Part shown: positions 1 through 9,651 of the stretch, one piece after another | Numbering within the stretch: the first letter of the stretch is position 1 | How the letters are laid out: each line of letters begins with the position of its first letter | Assembly (NCBI GenBank): GCA_027923505.1 | Contig: BROI01000002.1 | Span: forward strand, 2,356,001-2,420,000 | DNA length: 64,000 bases | Reading direction: 5' to 3' | Source of the DNA: Mayamaea pseudoterrestris | Taxonomy: Eukaryota | Position numbers and translations under genes: made by a program | Notes under the pieces: model-generated | Database searches by the model: none | Seen by the model: only the letters and a program-made list of their open reading frames with translations | What the model was told of the DNA's origin: nothing

Positions 1-1040
1 ATCATTTATCTGATTTAATTCCGTTCGAATCGCATCCGTCCACAGCGTGTTGCCGTTGATCTCGTCGAGAGCTTTCGCATCTTTATAATTGCGCGGCAAC
101 CTTACGCCGAATTTGTAGCGTACGCCGTTTGCTTTCGATTTTCGTTTCGCCGCTGTTACCATCTGTCGAAACTTCTTTCGCTTCCGAGTGTAATGCTCCA
201 GCTGCTTCCATCCTGGCTTGTCGAGTAAGCCGTGCTTGAGTCCATACTCTGCGATCGTTATCGGATCGTCCTTCTTCATGATCGCGAGAGGCTCCCACGT
301 CGTCGTTCCGTCAGTCCATTCGACGAGAACGTTACTTGAACTTCCTTTGTATGTCGGATCGTTCGGTTTCAAATTAAGCTCGTGTCCGATTACCTTCGTG
401 AATACCCACTGAGTCGCCGGATCGTTTCGTATATCTTCGTCCATCTGTCGTTCGATTAAATCCGACAGTTCGTTGTAACTTATTAAGTCTTTCGCTGGCT
501 CCTCTCCCATTTGGATTAGGAAACCTTTCGTCGTTTCGAGTAGCTCGTTATCGCGTACTTCGATATATTCGCATACAGTCGCTCGCATTTTCTGACCGTT
601 TTCGTGTTCCCTTACGAACGTGCGTCCGATGAGTTCGCTTGGAGAGAACAGAGGGCATTTATTCCCTGATTCTTGCTCAGCCCTTCTGAAGAACTTCGCT
701 GGTACGTTGGCGTGGTTCGCCATCGGAATTGTTTCGTCGTCGTTTCCTTCGTAGTTGTCGTGACTACTTTCTGTCGCATGCGTGCTATGGTAGCGTCCTG
801 TCGCGAGATCTGGAGTTTCAAAATTTCGCTCGCTTGCGCGTGTAGCTTCTTCAGAAATCTCCCCTCCAGACTCAGGGAAGGAAGGCAACTCTCGTGGTAA
901 CAAGTAGCTGCGCGAGACCACGTTGGAGCGCGGAATCGCCTGAAGCGTGTCGTCCGTCAGAACGAGAAAAGTCATGTGCGGACCGCTATTCTCTGCGATG
1001 CCCACGAATCGGCCGTTGCCAGATCGTACCGCCGAGGGAA
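1..1040 (-). CDS. Copia pol, part 2: integrase C-terminus, chromo-like module and RT N-terminus
   Basis: Manual translation gives a stop-free frame from ~1050 to base 1: FPSAVRSGNGRFVGIAENSGPHMTFLVLTDDT...ELIGRTF...WVFTKVIGH...YKGSSSNVLVEWTDGTTTWEPL...GWK...YKFGVRLPRNY. Absent from the ORF track, probably because it runs off the window. Confidence 0.88.
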
Positions 1041-4000
1041 ACTCCCCTGCGCCTCAAACGTGACCGGTTCCCACCACTTGAAATGTAACAAAGGCGAAAT
1101 ATCCGGCAGATTTCCGAACGCAACTTCCGTTGGCGTGCGCCATCCCAGCGATTTCGTCGCGAGGACGTTCAGTATCATGATTACGAATTTAATCAGCAAA
1201 ACCCAGCAATGGCCTGGCGAACCCGAATCTCGTTGGAGGTTCTCCATCATTGGCTTAATGTGCGACGTGTGACGTTCGCATGGATTTTGTTCTGGATGAC
1301 CCGGTTCTGTGGTCACTTGAGGAATATTGTACATCCGACAGAGATCACTCACAGCCTTGCCAGTCTCCGACTTGGCATTGTCGCTGAGCAGTCCGTTAGG
1401 AGCGCCCACTTCGCGGATAAAATCCTCTAACGCGTTTGACATTTCGCTCTCCGACTTCATCGGGTAGCCGCGCGTGTAAAAACTTTCTCGTCCAACAAAG
1501 AGCTGCATCTTAGTAGCTCCCCCATGCCCTAGAATTCCATCATCCAAAGCTGGCGTGTCAGAGTGTATCGTGTCCGTGGCGAATAGTTCGCGCAACCGCT
1601 GAACGTTCGCGGCCGGAAATCGTGATTTCGTGAGGTGTCGAAATGGTAATCGCGGGTGTGCGCTGAGATGATACCATGCTTCCGTGTGACGTAAAGTCTG
1701 TTGAACGCGCTCAGTCGGGACCCATCCGAGGTACGGCCGAAGAGCATTATAGTCCGGTTCCTTGCTTCTTAGCTTCCGCAAATTAACGCGTGAAAACTGA
1801 GCGTGTCGCACGCACCGATTGATCAGTACGTCAAGTTCGTCGCCAGTGCGTGTCGGCGTGTGACGATTGCGGTGCGTGATACCGTCATCGTCGAATCGTT
1901 CGTCGAAAGATCCATAATCGTGATCTCGTTCGTCGAAATCGTCGTGCGCGTGCTCGACATCGTAAACAGTCGGGTCCCACGGCACGTCCGACGTCATGAT
2001 GACAGTCGGATACTTATCCAAATCATCGAACGTGGGTTTCGTCACGTCCAAGTACACCAGGCCGTCGCGAATCGCCAATGGCAAAACGTAGCCTCCAATG
2101 TTCGTCGTAATTCGTTGCGTTCCGCCAAACATGGTCGGAATATCGTCGACGCGATGTCCCATTGCGCGCAATTGATTCGGGCAATGAATCGTCGGTCCGT
2201 CTCGCTTTAAAGCATACTGGTGACACAGAAGCAGAATGGTTTCGCCACTAAGGGTCTTTGCCAGTCCAGCTGCAGTGCCAATCTTGAGAGCTGGGACAAT
2301 ATGATCGTCAATACCAGTCACATCCACCTCGGCGTTCGTTTCCGAAACGACGAGCATGTCTCCTCCGCATAAGCCTCCGTTCGCGCCGCTGTCGATGAGC
2401 GCGCCTTCGTTGATCCGCTCGTAGTGTGCGCGATTGACGCGCATACGACGATGCATGTTGAAGCTGAATGTACCTCGTCCGGTGTTATCAGTCGTCAACG
2501 ATCCTGTCACTTGCTGAGTTGTAGTACTCGCATTGTTCGCTTGCAGAACCGATCGTGCAGCCGTTTGGACTGACATTCCACTATTGCCGGGCTGAATATT
2601 AATCGTGCCAGGAACGCTTGCGTGATCGTTCGCTACAGATTCCGTCGCGTGACGCTCTTGATGCGCCGCGTTGACTTGCGTCTGCGTCGTAGCCGTGCCT
2701 CGTTGGTTGCGCGGTCGCCATCCGTTTTCGGGTGTCTTGGGCGCCGTCGCACGCTTGTCCTTCAACTGCTTTCGCTGATCAAACTTCATCTCCAACCAGA
2801 CTTCATCCTTCACGCTCGCGTGAGGTTTCTTCATGATCGCTGCGAATCGTTCCGCCGATAAGCCGCTTGGAGTCGCGCCGCCATTGCCGCCGCCGCCTCC
2901 TTTCGTTCCACTAGACTGCGCTTGATTGATTGTGCGCTTAGTCTTCGTCGTCGATGGATGTTTCTTGTCATACTTGATGCAGCACTCTTCTAAGTGCGCG
3001 TACAACTGCGCGAAATTGTCTTCCGAGTCGTGTTGCCCCATGTGTTTCTTGATGGCAATCATTCCGTCAAAACCTGCTAGTGATGCGCTGAATCCAGTGT
3101 GCTCGGAGAAAGCGTCGCGTAGCATGTCGTATCGTTGTAAACCTGTCAGAGCTTCTGCGTCCATTTCGAGCAGCCAGATGACTTTCTTGTAGAACAGTGC
3201 GAGAAATTCGATCGTCGGCCGTGACCACTTCTCGGTCAGCCGCATTCCCTGCAGTTCCGTTCGCGCGCGTTCCTTCTCGATGTGAGCAGTAGCGCCTTCT
3301 TCGTATCGCGTTCGCAATCGTTGGTAGACTTCGCGTCCGTCCATCGTCTTCTTGAACTGCTGTACTGCGAGTGATGCAGACGGAGTTCGACAGTGCGTGA
3401 GAAAGATCCTGTATACAAACACATTCTTCTTTGCATACGCCTTCTGTTCTTTCGGTCCCTTTTCCTTCGGGTCATAATCGTCGTCAAAGACTTCGTGGAA
3501 GTCATGCAATGTAGCGATGACTTTCAACTCGGAAATCCACTGTTTCCACGAGGAATCCAGCTTCATTTCTTTACAATCCCTCGCCGAGAACTTGATAGAC
3601 TTCGTAAATTGGTCTGAATACTTCTCGTCGTCTTCGTCGTCGCCGAGGTCCAGTACGGATGTCGGTGACTGCTTCGTGTCCACGTCCACGCTCGTCGGTG
3701 GCACCTTGTCGGCCGAGTCGGGCTTCGACTCGTCGCCTTCGTTCGTTAGCGTGGAGTCCTTGGATTCGTCCTTCTTGGATTCCGTTTCGCTTTCCTTCGC
3801 TGGAGGTTTCGCTCCGCTTCCGCTGCCCACGCTCGCAATGTTGCGCGCTTGGACTCGTTCCTTCGCTCGTGCTGTGACGAACGTCGCCAGCGTTTCGGTG
3901 GTCAGTTGCGACCATGTCTTGATGTCCGGCGACTCTTGCGCCAAATACCATTCGATCGCGTTCGTGATCGTGCGTTGTTTCATCTTCGTTAGCGAGTGTT

Positions 4001-4229
4001 CGCTCGTTTCCTGCGTGACATTGTCGCCATCGTCAGTCGTCGTCGTTGTCGTCGTCGTGACGTTCCACTTCGTCGCGAAATCGTCGTACTCCATCTCGAT
4101 CAATTGCGTAAGCGATTCTACTCCGAGTTCGTCGAATAACTCCTTGAACTGAGGATCTTGGAAAACGCCTACGTTCTCTTCGTAAACATGCGCAAACGCC
4201 GCGTCTTTCTGCGCGCGAGTTTCCGCCAT
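972..4229 (-). CDS. Copia gag-protease-integrase polyprotein, part 1
   Basis: 1105-aa ORF in the track; first ATG at 4229 (MAETRAQK). Contains the DSG protease motif and the DDE integrase core. Homology switches frame at about 1035. Confidence 0.9.
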   Translation of the reverse strand: MAETRAQKDAAFAHVYEENVGVFQDPQFKELFDELGVESLTQLIEMEYDDFATKWNVTTTTTTTTDDGDNVTQETSEHSLTKMKQRTITNAIEWYLAQESPDIKTWSQLTTETLATFVTARAKERVQARNIASVGSGSGAKPPAKESETESKKDESKDSTLTNEGDESKPDSADKVPPTSVDVDTKQSPTSVLDLGDDEDDEKYSDQFTKSIKFSARDCKEMKLDSSWKQWISELKVIATLHDFHEVFDDDYDPKEKGPKEQKAYAKKNVFVYRIFLTHCRTPSASLAVQQFKKTMDGREVYQRLRTRYEEGATAHIEKERARTELQGMRLTEKWSRPTIEFLALFYKKVIWLLEMDAEALTGLQRYDMLRDAFSEHTGFSASLAGFDGMIAIKKHMGQHDSEDNFAQLYAHLEECCIKYDKKHPSTTKTKRTINQAQSSGTKGGGGGNGGATPSGLSAERFAAIMKKPHASVKDEVWLEMKFDQRKQLKDKRATAPKTPENGWRPRNQRGTATTQTQVNAAHQERHATESVANDHASVPGTINIQPGNSGMSVQTAARSVLQANNASTTTQQVTGSLTTDNTGRGTFSFNMHRRMRVNRAHYERINEGALIDSGANGGLCGGDMLVVSETNAEVDVTGIDDHIVPALKIGTAAGLAKTLSGETILLLCHQYALKRDGPTIHCPNQLRAMGHRVDDIPTMFGGTQRITTNIGGYVLPLAIRDGLVYLDVTKPTFDDLDKYPTVIMTSDVPWDPTVYDVEHAHDDFDERDHDYGSFDERFDDDGITHRNRHTPTRTGDELDVLINRCVRHAQFSRVNLRKLRSKEPDYNALRPYLGWVPTERVQQTLRHTEAWYHLSAHPRLPFRHLTKSRFPAANVQRLRELFATDTIHSDTPALDDGILGHGGATKMQLFVGRESFYTRGYPMKSESEMSNALEDFIREVGAPNGLLSDNAKSETGKAVSDLCRMYNIPQVTTEPGHPEQNPCERHTSHIKPMMENLQRDSGSPGHCWVLLIKFVIMILNVLATKSLGWRTPTEVAFGNLPDISPLLHFKWWEPVTFEAQGSFPRRYDLATADSWASQRIAVRT

Positions 4230-4271
4230 CGTTGTCGTCGTGACAATGTTCTTGCTATCACCTGCGGAACT

Positions 4272-4288
4272 TTCCGGGCCAAGAACCA
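4272..4288 (-). promoter_or_regulatory. Putative primer-binding site TGGTTCTTGGCCCGGAA
   Basis: Starts with TGG (complement of tRNA CCA), lies just after the putative LTR end and ~45 nt before the gag ATG. The cognate tRNA was not identified. Confidence 0.45.
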
Positions 4289-4291
4289 ACG

Positions 4292-4690
4292 TGCGTCCAC
4301 GTTACTTCGTAAATCAATAGTACTCTTCGTCGATAAAGTCTCTATGCCGAGGCAATGAGTCTCAAGACAGTGTTAATCTTGTAACTTGTAAATCAAATCG
4401 TTGCACCTTTCGCTTGTAGCTGTCCTTGGATGGCCAATCCAAGCTTGCAGTTGCTACAATACGAGAGACGAATAAATCGCTTTCTTAACTCTTCAAGCTT
4501 AGTAAGTCTGCTTGTTTCTACTCTATATCGCACTAGTTTCAGCAATATACTTGTTGAATCGCTTCGAAGCCGTCGCTGCCACGCATCACGCGATCGTGAG
4601 GCTGTGGTGAGCCGCGAGTGCCGCTGTGTCACCCTATCGGACATTCGGTGTGACTTGCCCGATTTTCGCTGTTTTCGTTCGCATCCTGCA
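4292..4690 (-). repeat. Putative 5' LTR (~400 bp) of the inner copia
   Basis: On the minus strand it begins TGCAGG exactly where outer-element RT homology (SVYAPVV) stops. It ends ...GGACGCA, 3 nt before a TGG-starting PBS-like tract. The second LTR is outside the window, so the inner boundary is inferred. Confidence 0.65.
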
Positions 4691-6035
4691 AGGACAACGG
4701 GAGCGTAAACGCTTGGCTCAGCGCCATCTTCATCTTTAAGATCTTGGCGGTCGCCTCTGACACAGAATCTCGCTTTGAACTTGCGAATACTCATGTCGAC
4801 GGCTCGCTTCACTTTGAAGACCCAGGTTGTTGGAATGACTTGCTTGCCTTTGGGAACTTTTGATTTGTGAATCCATTCAAACGTTCCTTTGCTAAAGAGC
4901 GCGTCCATTTCGCCCTGCATGGCAGTCATCCACTTGGCTTGGCTTTCCTCGTCTGCTCAGCAAATGTCCCGGTAAGTAGGAGAATCTGGTCGACTGCGCT
5001 CTTTAGAGGCATACAAATGCATGTGAATCTTCCATCATGCATGGAGTAGGAGTTCGTGGCTCACCAGAACCTCATCATTGTTCATCCGTATCAAATTCAG
5101 GAGGCATCACCCAATCTTGGCTGGGACCGTTTTGTGTCGGGCACATTGGATCCGAGTCGATGGCTATCCAAACAGAGCATGAAGGCATTACCATTACTGT
5201 CACTGACAGGAAACCCGAACATGGGTTTCAGCTCACCAGTCTGGGATGGGAACTCATCGTCAACCGCTTGGTTGCGCGACACGGTCTCCGAACGCCGCAA
5301 GAACGCCTTGCTGGCTCACTCGGATTGTTACAGCTAAGAAAGTCTCTTCGTCAGAGCCTGTGGATCTCTGAACCATTGAGGAGAAAGGAGCCTCTGCAGA
5401 CTCGTCCTCTTGCTCGGGTTCTTCGTCAACTTCCTTGTCAGAGACGGAGTCAACGGCAATAGGAGCTTGTACATTAGCTAAACCTTGAGTTGGCGCTTCA
5501 GTTGGTGCTTCGGTTGGCTGGCCGCCTTCTGGGGCTGGCTCTTGGCTTGGCACAACGTCAACGTCTGTAAACAACTCTTCAGTAGCTTCTGCACTGCTCT
5601 TGTCTCTGCGGTGAAACTCAGCTTCTTCCTCAGTCCAGTAGTCCTCTCTTAACTGCGCTGGATACAAGTCTGCCTCGAGCTCCTCCATGTCAAGGTAAAG
5701 CTCTCGGTTTGACCGAAACAGGCGGATCCATAGCGGGTCTGCGTCGTCAAAGCCAGGGTTTGCCACCGTCTGGAACAGCTCATCATACACCACATGAAAT
5801 TGTGGTGACACGTGCTGAGTAACCAGATTCCGGATGAGACCAACGGTTGATGAATGAGCTGTAGACATGCCCAGAAACTGGCCTCGCCTTGAGCGTGGGC
5901 GCCATTTCGGGATCTTCTTTTTGTCTTGCAGCTTTGGATCTAACACGAAGGTTGGACAACCCCAAACTCTTGCACGGCTAAGGTTTGCACCTCCACCGGA
6001 GACACCGGACATCACTTCCAAAGGCGTTAATTTCT
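4691..6035 (-). mobile_element. Decayed fragment of a second Ty1/copia element (integrase C-terminus to RT N-terminus), interrupted by the inner element
   Basis: RVWGCPTFVLDPKLQDKKKIPKWRPRSRRGQFLG...VSPQFHVVYDELFQTV is the SH3-like integrase end. AMQGEMDALFSKGTFE...IPTTWVFKVKR...KFKARFCVRGDRQ...YAPVV is the RT start. Stops and frameshifts lie between (e.g. PTYRDIC*ADEE). No gag or LTR is visible upstream of ~6035. Confidence 0.9.
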
Positions 6036-6443
6036 ATGCGGCCAGTCTTATATGCCGTCGTCGCAGAACGATGAGGTGGCCCGGCGCCTCGCCGCGCCGA
6101 AAAATAGCATTGCACCGGGAGTCTGACCTGACTGCGTGGTACACATCGACACCACTACTACGAGTACTGTACTGTACTGTACCACATGATGATGTTATGG
6201 TGGTTACGGTCGGTTGCATCAATAATGCTGTTCGACCTTTTCGTTTGATGCAAACTGGATACAATATACAAAGCAAAGCTTACTTAAGAATGAGTACAGG
6301 TATGAAACATCAGCAACACTCATCGTCAAAGCCTCCAGTGCACGAGCCTGCAGATCCGTCAACGTAAAAGAGCCGACGCGGGAACACTAACCATTTACAG
6401 TTTGTGCGCCTCGGAACACACACTCTCAGAAAGATCAGGTTTG

Positions 6444-9306
6444 TTAGTACTCAGATTGGTACGGAACAAATTCCTTCTTGGTCATGGCTTGCAGGATGCC
6501 ACTGAGCCGATGCGCGCTTAGCCGAGTTTCGTCGTCCGTTGCGTCCTTGGCTTCGTCTATGAATGTGTCGACAAACTCATCGAAATTGGCAGGCGATTGC
6601 AGTACATCTTCCTGAGCCACATTATCATAAACGTCGCTAATCAAGTCAACGGCCATGGCCAAGACACGATTGTCCTTGCCTGAGTGCGATGTCTGCAGGG
6701 ACTGGAGGAAGCAAGCGCAATGAGATACATACTCCGGAAAAAAGGAGAGCTTGCATTCCTTTTTGATTTTGGAAAAAATGTCTTTATAGGCTGAGAGAAC
6801 AGCGATTCGAAGGTCGTTCACAAGGTTGCCATTATTGACGCCGACTTGGGTCAAGCACTCCCGTGAAGCTACCGCAGAGTTGCCAGAAACTCCAGGCATC
6901 ATGCGGGTGAAATCACCAATGCAACCGATAAGCTTCGGCTCAATGTCCAGAGCGACAGGAAATAGCGAGAGCATACGCATGAGAGCGTCCACAATGTCTT
7001 CATATACTGGACTAGGAAAAGGACCACTGGCAGTGCCTATTTCGAACAAGAGTTCTACCGCGGCAGCGCAGACTCGTTTTTCGGCCAGGCTGCAAAGAAT
7101 AGTCGGGAGGATATCACGAATATGTCCCTAATCGATTAAGAAAGGTGAACCGTCAAGGTGAGAACAAGTTTACGAATCATTGTATAAAATCCGAATTTAA
7201 CGACTCACCATGAAGTCGTTTCCCAAGCCAGCAGCGACGGCAGATATGAGCTGATATGCATTCATAACGCAATCTTCCTCAAAATTGACACTTATAATGA
7301 TCATGCGCAACATATCAATAATCACTTTCGCTTCGGCACTTCCATCTGCTGCTGGCAAGCGCTTGAAGATAGCATTCACGAAAACACAATAATGCGGCAT
7401 CAATATTTTATAGCTTGACGGAGTCAATAAAATTTCGACGCGAATATGAATACATTGCAATAGCTCCTTCAAGATGACGATGGTATCCTTCGCGCCCGAC
7501 GTAATTAAATTGGCAATCGCCACCGCCGCTTCAGTACGAAGATTGTCGCTCCCCCCTTGCTCCGTCGCTAACATCAGCTGCGTAATCAAAGGATCCATGT
7601 CTACCGACAACAAACTGGTATCATCATCTGCATTGATGCGACAGTTGATAGCTATGCTGGCAATGGCTGATGCAGCAATGATAGCAGTGTTCCCACGCCG
7701 CACTTTAAGTTCATTGATCAGAAATCGAAGGATCGAATGGACTTGAGCCTCCTGGAGTGCGGCAATATGGTATCGGCAAACGTTCGATACAGCGCTCATG
7801 GTCGAGTGTATGAGAGTCGTGTGAGGATCTGCCAGGGTGGCGAGGAACGTTGGAAGAGTGCGCTGGATATGGAGGCTTATAACCTTCGTCGTTACGCTCT
7901 CCAAGATACAACTAAAGGCCGTGATAGCAGCCCCTCGCAGCCGCCAGTTTTCCATTTCTAATTTCTCTTCGAGAGCATGAACGACGAGAGGAACAATATC
8001 GTCTTGAAGGACCCGGCTAAGCACTTTCAATCCGTGTGCTGCACTAGCACTTAATTCATTCTCCTCTACGTCGTCAACATCGTCCGCGTGCGGCTGCAGC
8101 AGCTCCAAAATCACCAACGTATAGGCTTTCATCGCAAATTGGTCTGGTAGCAAATTGGTGTCCTTTCCATTCGTAACAGCGTTGTTCCAGACTTGAATGG
8201 CCCGGGTCTTGCACAAACTCGGCCAGGCGGAACTGCACAAAATTACGCACATCCAAGAAAGCATATCGCTTTCGTGCTTGCGAAGTAACTTGAAGTGATA
8301 CTTGGCTGCGTTGGCCAAACAATCTAACGCCTTTGAGACCAATTGTATGTCCGGTGAGGCGATGGCTAACTTAATTGCCTTAAGGATAGCACCGCGTGTC
8401 TCCTTGTCTTCCATACTCTTCTGGTAGAACTCCAGCGCACTGTAAAGAGCGTTGAAAGCAACATAGCGCATGCGATTCGAGTTAGGAGCGTGGCAGCCAT
8501 GCACCATGGTTGTGAACATGCTAATTTCAATCGAGGTTGGTAGCTGCCTTTGATAACCAAACTGGGCAATAAACTCCAAAGAAAATTGCAGGCATTTCAG
8601 CAGCATGATCCTGGAAGTTTTAAGAGTGGTCGTCGTCGATGAGATGGCTTTAAAAAGAGCAACCAGAGCAGGCCATTCGTCAAGCGTCAGCTCAAAGGCG
8701 GCGACTGCAGCAGTCACAACGCAGACAGCATGATATACCGCAGCATCATCATCGTCATTTTGAGCCATTTCCAGCGCTTGCATCAGCAACGTCTTGATAT
8801 TCTTGCGAGTCAACGGATCCACTTTCGCCCAGAGTTCATGTACAGCGGCAGCCAAATACGTTGCCGCCTTAGGACTGGTAGACGTTCGATTTGAAACGAC
8901 GAGGCGAGCGAGAGAGCTGCAATAGTCACCATAGTTGCTGGACTTCCAGCTTCCGAGAGCGGCGACCGTTGCGTTCGTTGCTACCCCATCTGCAGCGGGA
9001 AATGAAGAAAAGTGAGCGTGAGGAGAAATGGGAAGAATTAACACAGAACCTTGCCGAACCGTCAACGAATGTAATCTAAAAGCGTGCAGCATAATCAGGA
9101 TTCGATATGGCATCCTCTTGCCCGCCATCAGTTCCATTATTAAAATCACGGCGGAGTAGAGACCATTTCATAATTTAGGTGCGCGGTGGTGAATATCAGT
9201 CGCACCGATCAGCGAAAACGTCCGACACGGCATGAAGCATGAGTCACTTACCATCGTCCTGATACTGTTCAGTTGCCGCCAAGAGCAATGAGGTCATTTT
9301 AGTCAT
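6444..9306 (-). CDS. Divergent importin-beta (karyopherin beta-1-like) HEAT-repeat protein; exons ~9306(or 9507/9582)-9252, 8989-7209, 7127-6444
   Basis: HEAT-like helices with importin-beta-like motifs (ENWRLRGAAITAFSCILE, an acidic loop DDVDDVEENE, IEPKLIGCIGD). GT-AG introns at 8990-9251 and 7128-7208 keep the frame. The spliced N-terminus MTKMTSLLLAATEQYQDDDGVATNATVAALGSWKSSNYGDYCSSLARLV resembles importin-beta starts. Confidence 0.75.
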
Positions 9307-9651
9307 TGGTGATGATGTTTTGCATCCGTGACCTTCCAAGCACTCCAGCTCGCCGTCTTCCATGTCCGGAGCTTTGATCGAGCAAGCTGGATCTAGCGCG
9401 AAGGGGTGCGCGGGACGCCGGCACTTCTGGCATTTATATCGTTTCATGATACGCTTATCACGATGCTGGCATTCAGCGTTGCTGCACTCGCTACCGTCGA
9501 CGTCCATTACTTTGGCGAATATGGCAATGCGGCTTCTTCCGTTCGTTCCTGAAAAAAATACTTTGCAAGGGATCATCGCCATGGATCCCAACCGTCGCGC
9601 CGAAACCCGAGTACCGGTACGATTAATGCTATGGTCGAGAAGCTTTAACCA

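Larger units (their letters stand above)
1..4690 (-). mobile_element. Ty1/copia LTR retrotransposon of diatom CoDi type (inner, younger element), truncated by the window edge
   Basis: Domain order is gag, protease (ALIDSGANGGLCG), integrase (ATDTIHS / LLSDNAKSE / QNPCER), then the start of RT (YKFGVRLPRNYKDAKALDEINGNTLWTDAIRTEL). Integrase before RT is the copia order. A putative LTR lies at 4292-4690. Confidence 0.93.

Noticed and set aside
617..627. AACGTGCGTCC shared with the LTR/PBS junction at ~4288
   Set aside because: An 11-bp match inside open pol coding sequence (GRTF), most likely chance and not a second LTR.
4393..4929. 178-aa ORF as an independent gene
   Set aside because: It is a chimera of the outer copia RT start and read-through into the inner LTR.
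8990..9149. N-terminus MILIMELMAGKR... of the 650-aa track ORF
   Set aside because: It lies in the predicted intron 8990-9251. The upstream exon gives a better importin-beta-like start.
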